In this document: piece by piece, positions 51,042-63,828 of the stretch | How the letters are laid out: the number at the start of each line of letters is the position of its first letter | Numbering within the stretch: the stretch's first letter is position 1 | Position numbers and translations under genes: made by a program | The notes under the pieces: generated by a model | Told to the model about the DNA's origin: nothing | What the model saw: only the letters and a program-made list of their open reading frames with translations | Databases searched by the model: none | Assembly: GCA_964016885.1 (NCBI GenBank) | Contig: OZ024755.1 | Coordinates: forward strand, 21,948,001 to 22,012,000 | Length of the DNA: 64,000 bases | DNA from: Eledone cirrhosa | Taxonomy: Eukaryota | Direction of reading: 5' to 3'

Positions 51042-53680
51042 GACAATGTCTTCTCCATCCTGTCGGTTGGGACCACGTGTCGGAGTGACCTCCCTGGACA
51101 ATGTCTTCTCCAACAAGTCGACTGGGACCACGTGTCGGACTGACTGCCCGGGACAATGTCTTCTCCATCAAGTCGGCTGGGACCACGTGTCGGACTGACC
51201 TGCTGGGACAATGTCTTCTCCATCCTGTCGGTTGGGACCACGAGTCAGACTCTTCTCCCGGGACAATGTCTTCTCCATCAAGTCGGCTGGGACCCCGAGT
51301 CAGACTCTTCTCCCTGGACAATGTCTTCTCCATCCTGTCAGTTGGGACCACGAGTCAGACTCTTCTCCTGGGACAATGTCTTCTCCATCCTGTCGGTTGG
51401 GACCACGAGTCAGACTCTTCTCCTGGGACAATGTCTTCTCCATCCTGTCGGTTGGGACCACGAGTCAGACTCTTCTCCCTGGACAATGTCTTCTCCATCC
51501 TGTCGGTTGGGACCACGAGTCAGACTCTTCTCCCGGGACAATGTCTTCTCCATCCTGTCAGTTGGGACCACGAGTCAGACTCTTCTCCCTGGACAATGTC
51601 TTCTCCATCCTGTCGGTTGGGACCACGAGTCAGACTCTTCTCCTGGGACAATGTCTTCTCCATCCTGTCGGTTGGGACCACGAGTCAGACTCTTCTCCCG
51701 GGACAATGTCTTCTCCATCCTGTCGGCTGGGACTATGTGTCAGACTCTTCTCCTGGGACAATGTCTTCTCCATCCTGTCGGTTGGGACCACGAGTCAGAC
51801 TCTTCTCCCGGGACAATGTCTTCTCCATCCTGTCGGTTGGGACCACGAGTCAGACTCTTCTCCCGGGACAATGTCTTCTCCATCCTGTCGGTTGGGACCA
51901 CGAGTCAGACTCTTCTCCCGGGACAATGTCTTCTCCATCCTGTCGGTTGGGACCACGAGTCAGACTCTTCTCCCGGGACAATGTCTTCTCCATCCTGTCA
52001 GTTGGGACCACGAGTCAGACTCTTCTCCCTGGACAATGTCTTCTCCATCCTGTCAGTTGGGACCACGTGTCGGACTCTTCTCCCGGGACAATGTCTTCTC
52101 CATCCTGTCAGTTGGGACCACGAGTCAGACTCTTCTCCCTGGACAATGTCTTCTCCATCCTGTCGGTTGGGACCACGAGTCAGACTCTTCTCCCTGGACA
52201 ATGTCTTCTCCATCCTGTCAGTTGGGACCAGGAGTCAGACTCTTCTCCTGGGACAATGTCTTCTCCATCCTGTCGGTTGGGACCACGAGTCAGACTCTTC
52301 TCCCGGGACAATGTCTTCTCCATCCTGTCAGTTGGGACCACGAGTCAGACTCTTCTCCCTGGACAATGTCTTCTCCATCCTGTCAGTTGGGACCACGTGT
52401 CGGACTCTTCTCCCGGGACAATGTCTTCTCCATCCTGTCAGTTGGGACCACGAGTCAGACTCTTCTCCCTGGACAATGTCTTCTCCATCCTGTCGGTTGG
52501 GACCACGAGTCAGACTCTTCTCCCTGGACAATGTCTTCTCCATCCTGTCGGTTGGGACCACGAGTCAGACTCTTCTCCCTGGACAATGTCTTCTCCATCC
52601 TGTCGGTTGGGACCACGAGTCAGACTCTTCTCCCTGGACAATGTCTTCTCCATCCTGTCGGTTGGGACCACGAGTCAGACTCTTCTCCTGGGACAATGTC
52701 TTCTCCATCCTGTCGGTTGGGACCACGTGTCGGACTCTTCTCCCGGGACAATGTCTTCTCCATCCTGTCGGTTGGGACCACGAGTCAGACTCTTCTCCCG
52801 GGACAATGTCTTCTCCATCCTGTCGGTTGGGACCACGAGTCAGACTCTTCTCCCTGGACAATGACTTCTCCATCCTGTCAGTTGGGACCACGAGTCAGAC
52901 TCTTCTCCCGGGACAATGTCTTCTCCATCCTATCGGCTGGGACTATGTGTCAGACTCTTCTCCCGGGACAATGTCTTCTCCATCCTGTCGGCTGGGACAA
53001 TGTCTTCTCCATCCTGTCGGTTGGGACCACGAGTCAGACTCTTCTCCTGGGACAATGTCTTCTCCATCCTGTCGGTTGGGACCACGTGTCGGACTGACCT
53101 GCTGGTACAATGTCTTCTCCATCCTGTCGGCTGGGACTATGTGTCAGACTCTTCTCCTGGGACAATGTCTTCTCCATCCTGTCGGTTGGGACCACGAGTC
53201 AGACTCTTCTCCCGGGACAATGTCTTCTCCATCCTGTCAGTTGGGACCACGAGTCAGACTCTTCTCCCGGGACAATGTCTTCTCCATCCTGTCGGTTGGG
53301 ACCACGAGTCAGACTCTTCTCCCGGGACAATGTCTTCTCCATCCTGTCGGTTGGGACCACGAGTCAGACTCTTCTCCCTGGACAATGTCTTCTCCATCCT
53401 GTCAGTTGGGACCACGAGTCAGACTCTTCTCCTGGGACAATGTCTTCTCCATCCTGTCGGTTGGGACCACGAGTCAGACTCTTCTCCCGGGACAATGTCT
53501 TCTCCATCCTGTCGGCTGGGACCACGAGTCAGACTCTTCTCCTGGGACAATGTCTTCTCCATCAAGTCGGCTGGGACCACGTGTCGGACTGACCTGCTGG
53601 TACAATGTCTTCTCCATCCTGTCGGCTGGGACTATGTGTCGGACTGACCTCCTGGGACAATGTCTTCTCCATCAAGTCAA
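51042..53680. repeat. 55-bp GC-rich minisatellite, about 48 copies
   Basis: Unit ggacaatgtcttctccatcctgtcggttgggaccacgagtcagactcttctcccg; produces the long repetitive ORFs. Confidence 0.97.
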
Positions 53681-53975
53681 CCGGGTGCACAAGGCGGTCT
53701 GACCTTTAAGACATTTGTATATTATTCTATGTACTATACATGTACCTTTGATGAGTTGTAGTGCACCTGAGAACTGTACACAATAATTTCGTTATTATTA
53801 TTATTATATTGAATGTGGTTACAAGAGACTGTGAAGAAATGATATATGCCCAATAAACGGTCTTATTGTATTTGTTGTAATTTTAAAAATGTCTTGATTC
53901 AATTTTATTGATTTCAGTTTCAAAGAATCCAAAATACATTCTATTTCTTTTTTCTGTTTCTCTCTTCTTTTTCAG

Positions 53976-54487
53976 ATTTGATAGGTTGTTATAAAGCCAA
54001 AAAAAATGAAAGAGTATTTCCCATCTCTCCGGGAGACTATGGTTTGATGTCTATGACAGTCATCAAGTGTGCGACAGCTTGCGGAGAACTCAGCTATACA
54101 TATGCAGCTTTGTCTCACGGCAAGTACTGTTTCTGCGGAAATACTGCACCTAACAATGTTGATAAAAATGATATTGCTTGCACGGAGAATTGTTTGGGTA
54201 ACCAGGCTGAGGTTTGTGGAGACAGTGAACACGTTAGTGTCTACAACTCAGCACTGAACATAGCCAACTTGTCGTTATCAGAAGTTTCAAAAGATGGTAG
54301 CAAAGTCACGTTCTCTGCTGTCTATGAACCTTCTAGTTTAGATCTGGTTTATTCAATGGATTATGGTGATAGTGATGACACCTTCCGGACTGAAAAGGAC
54401 TTGCCAACCCTATTCGAAAGGAATTATGTCCTTCCAGGAAACTTCACTGCCATTTTGTTTGCCGAAGGACGTTATAATTCAGCACCT
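53976..54487 (+). CDS. Polycystin-1-like / REJ-family-like protein exon: WSC domain plus start of a PKD-type domain
   Basis: Strong acceptor, gtgagt donor; LIGCY...MTVIKCATAC...YAALSHGKYCFCGN...CTENCLGNQAEVCG (WSC), then YSMDYGD...RNYVLPGNFT (PKD-like). Confidence 0.85.
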
Positions 54488-55064
54488 GTGAGTAAAACTC
54501 TTTTTTTTTCTTTCTAACTTTATTTTATAGTAAATACGTAGTTAGGAATGTGTGTTCCAACAAAAATATATCTAAAAGTGGTCATTAGGCCTGCTCAAAA
54601 TAACAGCCAAAGCTCCCAGAAATTGTACACTATCATTTAAAACATTTTAGGACAATGTGTTCCTGGATGGCATGGTTACAACTAGAAAGTTTTTAATCAT
54701 AGGGTTTCTTTATTAAAGCTGACCTCTGACAAAACCCCTACAAACTCAAGAGTTATGTGAGCCAAGGAAAGAGTCTATATGTGGTCGTTTGACAGGCTAG
54801 AAACAACAACCAATATTGTAGTTCTAGATATTCTAAAAAATGAGATGGTAACAGATGGAATGCCTTTATTTTATAAATCAAAAGAGAATGTGGAATACCT
54901 CAAAATCTTGCATGGGTTCTCAGATTTTGCATAGTTCTTCGTTCTGCCTTAAAAGAATACCCTAGTTTTATGTGGGACAATTGCTATTGATATAGCAGCT
55001 AAATTTCCTTCAGATCCTAAAAAGGAAGAACTCATTGGATGATATAGTCTTAGATACACTATCT

Positions 55065-55282
55065 AGTGTGTCCATGTAGGGGCTCCCAAAGGTGCATATC
55101 TGAGATGTAGGTCCACATCTTCCCCTAGAAGAGGAAGACCAAGGTTAACATATGTTGATGCCCTAAGGACAGACACTGGTCTGTTGGAGATGCAGGATAT
55201 GGCAGCGATAATGAGGGACAGAGACCGCTGGAGAGAACTCGTCCATGGATCTCGGGAATTTTACCCGCCTTAGATAGATAGA
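55065..55282 (+). mobile_element. Short RTE insertion with 14-bp target-site duplication and inverted 5' segment
   Basis: tagatacactatct at 55051-55064 and 55283-55296; body matches 39475-39548 and the reverse complement of 38630-38704. Confidence 0.85.
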
Positions 55283-55659
55283 TAGATACACTATCTCTGA
55301 ATAAAAGACAGGATTATCACAGCTGGAATGACTTTGATAAAATGTATGCCGAACCAGGTTTGACCTAACTTTAAATCACAACAACAGCATCATCAGCAAC
55401 AGCAGCAACAACAACAACTAGTTGTAAAACCCCAGTTCAACTCTGATCAAGTAGATCTATAATCAAATGTCTTCCATTCGTGACTATCCCATCTATGTAT
55501 GAGAGACTACGTGCATGTTATTTACTGTTCATTTCTTATTCAAGTTGGCGAGGTGTAAGTTGAGGTAGTTTTCGCTGTTGTTTCTAGCAGGTAGAATAAA
55601 ATTGTAGAGGCTCCTTCATTCACTCAGCAACAAGTTCTAAATACACAATTCACAGCATC

Positions 55660-56546
55660 TTTACCTAACATATATCTTTATATGCTTACAATACTATCTA
55701 ACTTAACACGCATCTTTATGTTTACAATATTATCTAACCTAACATATATCTTTATATGTTTACAATATTATCTATCATATATCTTTATATGTTTACAATA
55801 CTATTTAACATAGGATATATCTTTATATGTTTACAATACTATTTAACACCTATATATGGTTACAATACTATTTAATCTATCATATATCTTTATATGTTTA
55901 CAATACTATTTAACATAGCATATATCTTTATATGTTTACAATACTATTTAATCTAACACGTATCTTTATATGTTTACAATACTATTTAACCTAACATATC
56001 TTTATATGGTTACAATACTATTTAACATAGCATATATCTTTATATGTTTACAATACTATTTCATCTAACATGTATCTTTATATGTTTACAATACTATTTA
56101 ACCTAACATATCTTTATATGGTTACAATACTATTTAACATAGCATATATCTTTATATGTTTACAATACTATTTAATCTAACACGTATCTTTATATGTTTA
56201 CAATACTATTTAACCTAACATATCTTTATATGGTTACAATACTATTTAACATAGCATATATCTTTATATGTTTACAATACTATTTAATCTAACACATACC
56301 TTTATATGGTTACAATACTATTTAACATAGCATATATCTTTATATGTTTACAATACTATTTAATCTAACACATATTTTTATATGTTTACAATACTATTTA
56401 ATCTAACACATACCTTTATATGGTTACAATACTATTTAACATAGCATATATCTTTATATGTTTACAATACTATTTAATCTAACATATATCTTTATATGGT
56501 TACAATACTATTTAACATAGCATATACCTTTATATGTTTACAATAT
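55660..56546. repeat. About 37-bp AT-rich minisatellite with 112-bp trimeric higher-order period
   Basis: taacatagc recurs at 55911, 56023, 56135 and 56247. Confidence 0.9.
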
Positions 56547-56583
56547 CAAAAGACGAAATTCGAACACAAATGTCTTCTTGCAG

Positions 56584-56764
56584 GAAACACAAGCAGTTGC
56601 AACTGTCAAGGTAGACATTCCGGTAACAAATGTCACTGTAAAATGTCCTGAATTTGCGGAAATCCACTCTGAGGTAGAATGCCTGGTCTTTGTTCAAGAG
56701 GGAATATCAATGAAAGCCACTGTTGACTTAGGCGAGGGAGAAAAGAAAACCTACCCCATTACAG
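56584..56764 (+). CDS. Polycystin-1-like gene exon
   Basis: AG/GT, phase 0 to 1; ETQAVATVKVDIPVTNVTVKCP...ATVDLGEGEKKTYPIT (PKD-like). Confidence 0.85.
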
Positions 56765-57013
56765 GTAAACAGGGGACATGTTATGTTTCGTCTTCACAAC
56801 TTTTATTTTTCTCTGTAACAGAGAAAGAGCAGTTAATTGGAGTGTGTGTGTGTGTGTATGTATATATGTATGCATGTATGTGTGTATGTATGTGTGTGTG
56901 TATGTATGTATATATGTTTGTGTGTGTATGTATGTATGTGTGTGTGTATATGTATGTATATGTGTGTGTGTGTGTGTATATATGTTTGTGTGTGTGTATG
57001 TATGTATGTATGC

Positions 57014-57046
<33 letters not shown>

Positions 57047-57301
57047 TGTATTGGATTCTCAGATGTTTGATTCCCGAACCAGATGATGTGTTATGTCCTT
57101 GAGCAAGACAATTTATTTCGCATTGCTCTTCCTGCCAGGAGTTTCGACAGTAGATAGTATAGCATCATCAATGAAAAGACTAAAGACCAATGGAAGCATT
57201 GTTTTGTTGGTTTGATTGGATGAGTTCCATCCCAGTAAGCAAAAGAGGAGAGCTTGTCAATCGATGATTGATTTCTTAAAGTCCTTTTTTTCTTTTTATA
57301 G

Positions 57302-57465
57302 ATGCAACTGGCTTTTTTGCTGGACGAGATATTACTGCCTCAAAAATAATACTCTCAGACAGCGGCGCCATGACTTATTTCAACTTAAATTCTGAGTTCA
57401 AGTGGGACGGTGTGTTAGTTGGCTGGGAACTGGAAGGTTCCACTGCAGGACAAGTAAAATTATTG
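57302..57465 (+). CDS. Polycystin-1-like gene exon (not in the ORF track)
   Basis: AG/GT, phase 1 to 0; (D)ATGFFAGRDITASKIILSDSGAMTYFNLNSEFKWDGVLVGWELEGSTAGQVKLL. Confidence 0.85.
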
Positions 57466-57517
57466 GTAGGTTTTGTTTTTTAAATAGATACTACTTTATT
57501 ATTATAGAGCACTTTAG

Positions 57518-58390
57518 GGTGGTGGATTGGCAGTATCGGTAGAGGGTCAGACGCCATGCTTTGCAACATAGAGTTATGGCCCTTTATGATCTGAATTCAA
57601 ATCATGCCGAGGTTAGCTTTGCCTTTCATCCTTACGGGGTTGATAAAATAAAGTACCAGCCACGCACTGGGGTCAGTTTAATCTACATTCCCCTCCCCCA
57701 AAATTGCTGGCCTTGTGCCTATATAAGAAACCATAATTAAAGAGCGCTTTATAAAATGTTTTGCAGGATTTACTTATGGCGCTTTACGTTCTTTTGATTT
57801 GAAAATTTAGAGAGAAAGATAGACGTGAAAACAAGGTTTCATCATTCATGTTCTGAGTTCAAATCTTTGTCTTTCATGCTTGTGAGGTCGATAGAATAAA
57901 GCACCAGTAACACACTGGGGTCAATTTATTCGACTTACTCCTCCCCCAAAATTGTTGGACTTGTGCCTAAATCAGAAGGCATTATTATTATTGTGGATTG
58001 GCAGTATTGGTGGAGGGTCGGATGCCATGCTTTGCAGCATAGTTACGTCCCTTTATGATCTGAGTTCAAATCCCGCCGAGGTTAACTTTGCCTTTCATCC
58101 TTACGAGGTCGATAAAATAAAATACCAGTAATGCACTGGGTAATTGCTGGCCTTGTGCCAAAATTAGAAACAATTATTATTATTGTGTACAAAGGCAGTT
58201 GGTTGGCAGTTTCAGTAGAGGGTCGGACGCCATGCTTTGCAGCACAGAGTTACCGTCCTTTACGGTCAGAGTTCAAATCCCGCCGAGGTTAACTTTGCCT
58301 TTCATCCTTACGAGGTCGATAAAATAAAATACCAGTAATGCACTGGGATAATTGCTGGCCTTGTGCCAAAAGTAGAAACAATTATTATTA
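57518..58390 (+). mobile_element. Cluster of about four head-to-tail family A SINEs
   Basis: Repeated ttggcagt...gagttcaaatc...accag...tagaaacaa units, mostly separated by (att)n. Confidence 0.85.
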
Positions 58391-58945
58391 TTTTGTGCAT
58401 TATGGAACTTAGTGCATTCTATATATATGCAATGTTGTTATTATGCCAACATTGTAAAATACCAACATAAACGAGGTGGTGCAGGTCTATATCCGCAAAG
58501 GTGTCAGAGAAACACAAAATGATCAAAGCTAATCGTTCCGATACTGTAGTCAAAGTCCACAAAGAAATGTCTTCTAATTTCAAAAGTTAAGTGTGATGGA
58601 GAGATGTGTGGCTATGCCATATAGCCACACATCTCTCCATATCACTTAACATTTGAAAATCATACAACTCTGAAACCGATAAAGTTATTGTAAATAAATC
58701 TTCTTAAAGGACTTCAATATATTTTCAAATTCCTTTGATATATATATATATATATATATAAATATCAAGATTATACCAATTTTAAGCTAGTAAGACCATT
58801 ATTCAGCAGAGTACTTGATACTTGGAATAGTGGAGTGTAAATCTCATCTGGAATTTGCTGTCGAAACAGTAAGAGCTCCGCTGTCAAGTCCTGACTACCT
58901 ATTCCACCCTGCCCGTCGCTTCAATCTATCTAATTTCTCATTCTT

Positions 58946-58981
58946 TCTTCTGATGAAGGACTAACATCCAAAACGTTAAGA
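58946..58981 (+). ncRNA. Minimal hammerhead-like motif, core GAAA changed to AAAA
   Basis: tctt-CTGATGA-agga ctaaca tcc-aAAA-cg-TT-aaga; a more decayed relative lies at 32764-32795. Confidence 0.5.
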
Positions 58982-59073
58982 CCTTCTTCCTTCTATTTCA
59001 AGCGTTAACCTAATATATTCTTTCCGTATACTGTACCGATTGTATTGTTATTTCTGTTTACCTTTGAATAAAT

Positions 59074-59854
<781 letters not shown>

Positions 59855-59945
59855 CCAGGGCTTGATTGCAGGTGTGCCTTATTGTAAAAATATAAATATA
59901 TTTCTGTTCAACTAACACCGATATTTATTTCCATCAATATTAAAG

Positions 59946-60191
59946 GTCCTGAGTCCTGTATGTTCTGACTCTTATTGTTACACCAGTCGAGATTGTGGTC
60001 AGTGTGTTACAGGAATGGCAGAGAACTGCGATTCTAGCATATATTGTAGCGCGACAAATTTATGTAACAATGCTAAAGTCACAAGCAGGCCAACATCACC
60101 TCAGTCAAATTTGGAGTATGAAGTGGTCTTTGCTGTGGTAGTAAATATCGAACTTGGATACAACTACATTAAACTAAATCAATCAATAGAG
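59946..60191 (+). CDS. Polycystin-1-like gene exon (Cys-rich)
   Basis: AG/GT, phase 0 to 0; VLSPVCSDSYCYTSRDCGQCVTGMAENCDSSIYCSATNLCN...GYNYIKLNQSIE. Confidence 0.83.
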
Positions 60192-60864
60192 GTAAGCTCT
60201 TGTCTATTCACATGGTTTGTAATATACTCAGCTACACTCAGGTCTCAAATAATCGCTCCCCCTTCCACCTGTATATTAATTTTTCAGGACACTCCCCCAC
60301 CTCGCTCTTATTCCACCCCTACCTGCTTATTAAATTTTGCTAATTTTTTTACCAGTGAAATATTATTTTAAGTAGTATCATTCATGCAACAATTTTCTTT
60401 AAAAAACATTATACATGACAAAAAAAAGTACATTACTAGAAATATCATACATTATAAAATAAATAGGATGGGTTGGGGTCTCAATATGTAAACTAAATGA
60501 CCAATTTTGGTTTTTAAAAAAAATCATCAGAGAGAACTTTGAAAAATTACCGATTTTTCACATCACCCTCGTTTATTCCACCTCACCTCCCACTTATTTC
60601 ATCGTCACCTATTATTTGGGACCTGCGAGTACATCAAAATGGATCAAGAAAAAGAGGTAATCTCTTGTCTAGTCACATGCTTCCTAATATATTCAACTCA
60701 CAAGAGATATCATTGCATTAATTTGTTTTTCTTTTGAAAGCGGCTAGTTTAGTGGTTAGAGTGTTCGGTTCTAGAATATAAGATCGAAAGTTCGATTCCC
60801 GTGCCTCACATTTTTGAGCATTTTATCAGATGATGACAATGCTCAAACATGAGTTTGTGGCCAT

Positions 60865-60908
<44 letters not shown>

Positions 60909-60958
60909 GTATGTTATGTACCATATTATTTATGTTTATATTGTTTGTTTTATTCAAG

Positions 60959-61331
60959 ATTAAAACTGGTTACATCATTGGATGCGAGAATATAAATGGG
61001 GCCATTTCTGCAACCTCATTTGGTAATGTAGACAGTTATATAATGAGTACGACAAACTTAGGAGCCAAACATCTTGTTTCATCTATGACTACTAGTAGTG
61101 GTGGCTTTTTATTGAAAGGGATTGCTTCTCGTACTTCAGTAATTTCCTTAGTTCATACTTACTTTGATTCCAAGGAAGTTTATATAGAAGTTGTAATTAC
61201 TGGGAAACAAAACACAGAAACTGCCAGAACACATTTTAGTGTACAAGAAAGAATTAACCAGATTATTATCAATACAACTGAATTTAAAAAGCTGCAAGTT
61301 GTAGAGACGTTTGAAATTCTACGACACAAAG
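60959..61331 (+). CDS. Polycystin-1-like gene exon; the gene continues beyond the window
   Basis: AG/GT, phase 0 to 1; IKTGYIIGCEN...LVHTYFDSKEVYIEVVI...FSVQERINQIII. Confidence 0.85.
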
Positions 61332-62686
61332 GTAAGTATCATAAAGATATTTAATTTAGGCAGAAAGCTAACAATTCATGAAGTGTGGGGAGGAGGAGAG
61401 GGAGAATTTATTTACATTGACTTTATATTATTGATAAAGTTGACCATAGAGGGATTTGAGCTCTGAAGGTAAAAAAAAGTATCAAATACCACAAAGCATG
61501 TTGTCCGACCCTCTACCGATTCTGCTAAGCCACCACACTAATAGGTTTGCTTAATAATTGCTTCCACTTGGCATAAGTTCAGAATTTGAAGGGAAGGAGA
61601 AAATCAATTAAATCAACCTCACTGTGTTACTGGTACTTTATTTTATTGACTCTATAAGGATGAAAGGCAAAGCTAACCTCAGCAGGTTTAAAAAATGCTG
61701 TTATCAATAAGAGGAGTTGAAATTAATGCATGCTAGATTTCACAGGTCTAGCATCACTCCTTCATAAACAAAATATTAGGAAAATAATAACAATTATAAG
61801 GGAAAAACTATATTAGTTAAAAGAAGAGTTATTTCTGAAGGTTCGAATTCCCCAAATATATTTTTGTATATATATGCATTCATTTGTTTAGGGCTAAGCT
61901 TGGTGTGGTCTCTAGTTCATCGTGTGGTCTGTTGTACTAAAGTGAGGTCCAAAGTAACTGGGCTGTATTCAACTGATTGTATTCAATAAAGAATGGAGGG
62001 GAAAATTGATTAACTTTCTAGCCAATGACCAAGCACTCTAGGTCATGAACAAGTTAGTCTGAACAGCTCTTCGCTCCAAGCGCCACATGTTCCAGGCTGA
62101 TGGACTAAAACACTCCACCAACACCTGCAAATCAATGAAGAAATGGACATAGGTATTAAGTTACAAATTCCATGTTATCTCCTTGGAGTTATAACTAACA
62201 AGTTGAAATCAGAAATTCGTTGCTTAAACTTTAATTTGTACTAATAATAAATATTTGCTCTACGGGTTTATATATACAATCCTTATCAAGCCCTCTTCAG
62301 ATTTTGGCCTTTGTATTTATTATTACTATATATATATATATATGTAAAGTTATGTTGGTGCCGCGCCATAGGCCGAAACAAATGAGATCGTGTAGGTGTC
62401 ACGACAAAAAAAAACACAGTCCACGCTGTAATGTGGCCGTGTAGGCAACACGGTAAAAACCTCCCAGACCCACACTGTAAATGTGGTTGGTGTTAGGAAG
62501 GGCATCCAACTGTAGAAAACCTGCCAGACAGTCCTATGCGAGCAAGACAATCACTCTTGCCTCAAGTGGGACTACCCCCGTCCAAACCCATGCAAGCGTG
62601 GAACACGGACGTTAAACGTTGATGATGATGATGATATATATTAGAATATAAATATTAATAAAATAGATGTTCTTTTGATCAATTAC

Positions 62687-62739
62687 ATTTTATTATACAT
62701 ATTTTGGATGTACAACAGTACATCCTCATCAGACAAAAT
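62687..62739 (-). ncRNA. Type I hammerhead-like motif, core GAAA changed to AAAA
   Basis: Minus strand attttgt-CTGATGA-ggatgtac tgtt gtacatcc-aAAA-tatgta-TA-ataaaat; perfect 8-bp stem II. Confidence 0.6.
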
Positions 62740-63242
62740 ATAATAATACATGACATACCCTGAGATGTTAAATGGTTAAGATTTAATCAAGGTAGTGTTT
62801 AACCTAAGAGAAAATTTTACATTTATACCCTAATAATGAGAAAATGCGAAAACGTAATAAATTCAATAGAGAATGTGTGAGTAAGAAAAACGTTGCTTAA
62901 TGTACCAGTTATATAGATTTTAATATGTATGATACTACAATTTATCTAGGAAAGCATTTCATGAATTATAACAGTCTGTGAGAACCAATCTACTGTAAAA
63001 CTCACTCTTTGATATACTCATTGAATTTTGTTTAACTCTTCAATATATATATATACATATATAATATTTATTTTTATAATATTTATTATTACTATATATA
63101 TATATATAGTTAGGGAAGCAGAAATTTGTTTATTGTGATCCAGTTCGTGGTTAAGAAAGCCAGTTTCATGGACGGTTTCAACGTACGGTTAGGGGTAACT
63201 CCACAAGTTTGTAAGAATTCTGTTCAATCTTAGAGTATAAAG

Positions 63243-63423
63243 TATAAAAGAGAAAACACAGGTAAGCATTAAGAGAACGATTTTACCCATTGTGAAAATT
63301 TGGACGTGAACAACAATTATAATTGAGTGGCTGCTATTTGCAGTATAGCAATATAAGGTTGCACTTACCAAATACTTGGATAAAATTCTTCTCTTAATGC
63401 TTACCTGTGTTTTCTCTTTTATA
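63243..63423. repeat. 35-bp perfect inverted repeat with about 110-nt spacer
   Basis: 63243-63277 versus 63389-63423. Confidence 0.9.
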
Positions 63424-63447
63424 TTATATATATATATATATATATAT

Positions 63448-63596
63448 ATTATTTCTGAAGACGGCGTATATATGTGTTTGGTATGTATATTTAATCTTGA
63501 TAATTTGTATAATTTTGTATAATTTTGTACATAGATCTGTTGAATATGCATACCAATTATAACACATATATATCCTAGAAACGATCGTTAAATAAT
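63448..63596 (+). ncRNA. Hammerhead-like motif with a greatly extended stem II
   Basis: attattt-CTGAAGA...GAAA-cgatcg-TT-aaataat; the internal arms atatatgtgtt/aacacatatat and tggtatgtatatt/aatatgcatacca pair. Confidence 0.55.
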
Positions 63597-63784
63597 GAAC
63601 TTTTTTTGTTTAATATAAGGAATTGTTTATTCATTATTTGTTTAATATTTTATCTTGACTCTGTATACCGTTTATCTTTCACCGAAAGTCGTTTTTCATT
63701 ACATCTCTTCTTTCCATGATATCCGGAATACATTGAGTTCTTCATACGGATTGGACACTACCGTAAACTCTTGGTAGATTTATC

Positions 63785-63828
<44 letters not shown>

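Noticed and set aside
51042-53680. CRISPR array or a real 848-aa protein
   Set aside because: Units are contiguous with no unique spacers, the context is eukaryotic, there are no cas genes, and the ORFs follow from the repeat period.
60738-60810. tRNA gene
   Set aside because: A and B boxes are present but there is no clean cloverleaf; it resembles the tRNA-derived SINE heads seen elsewhere in the window.
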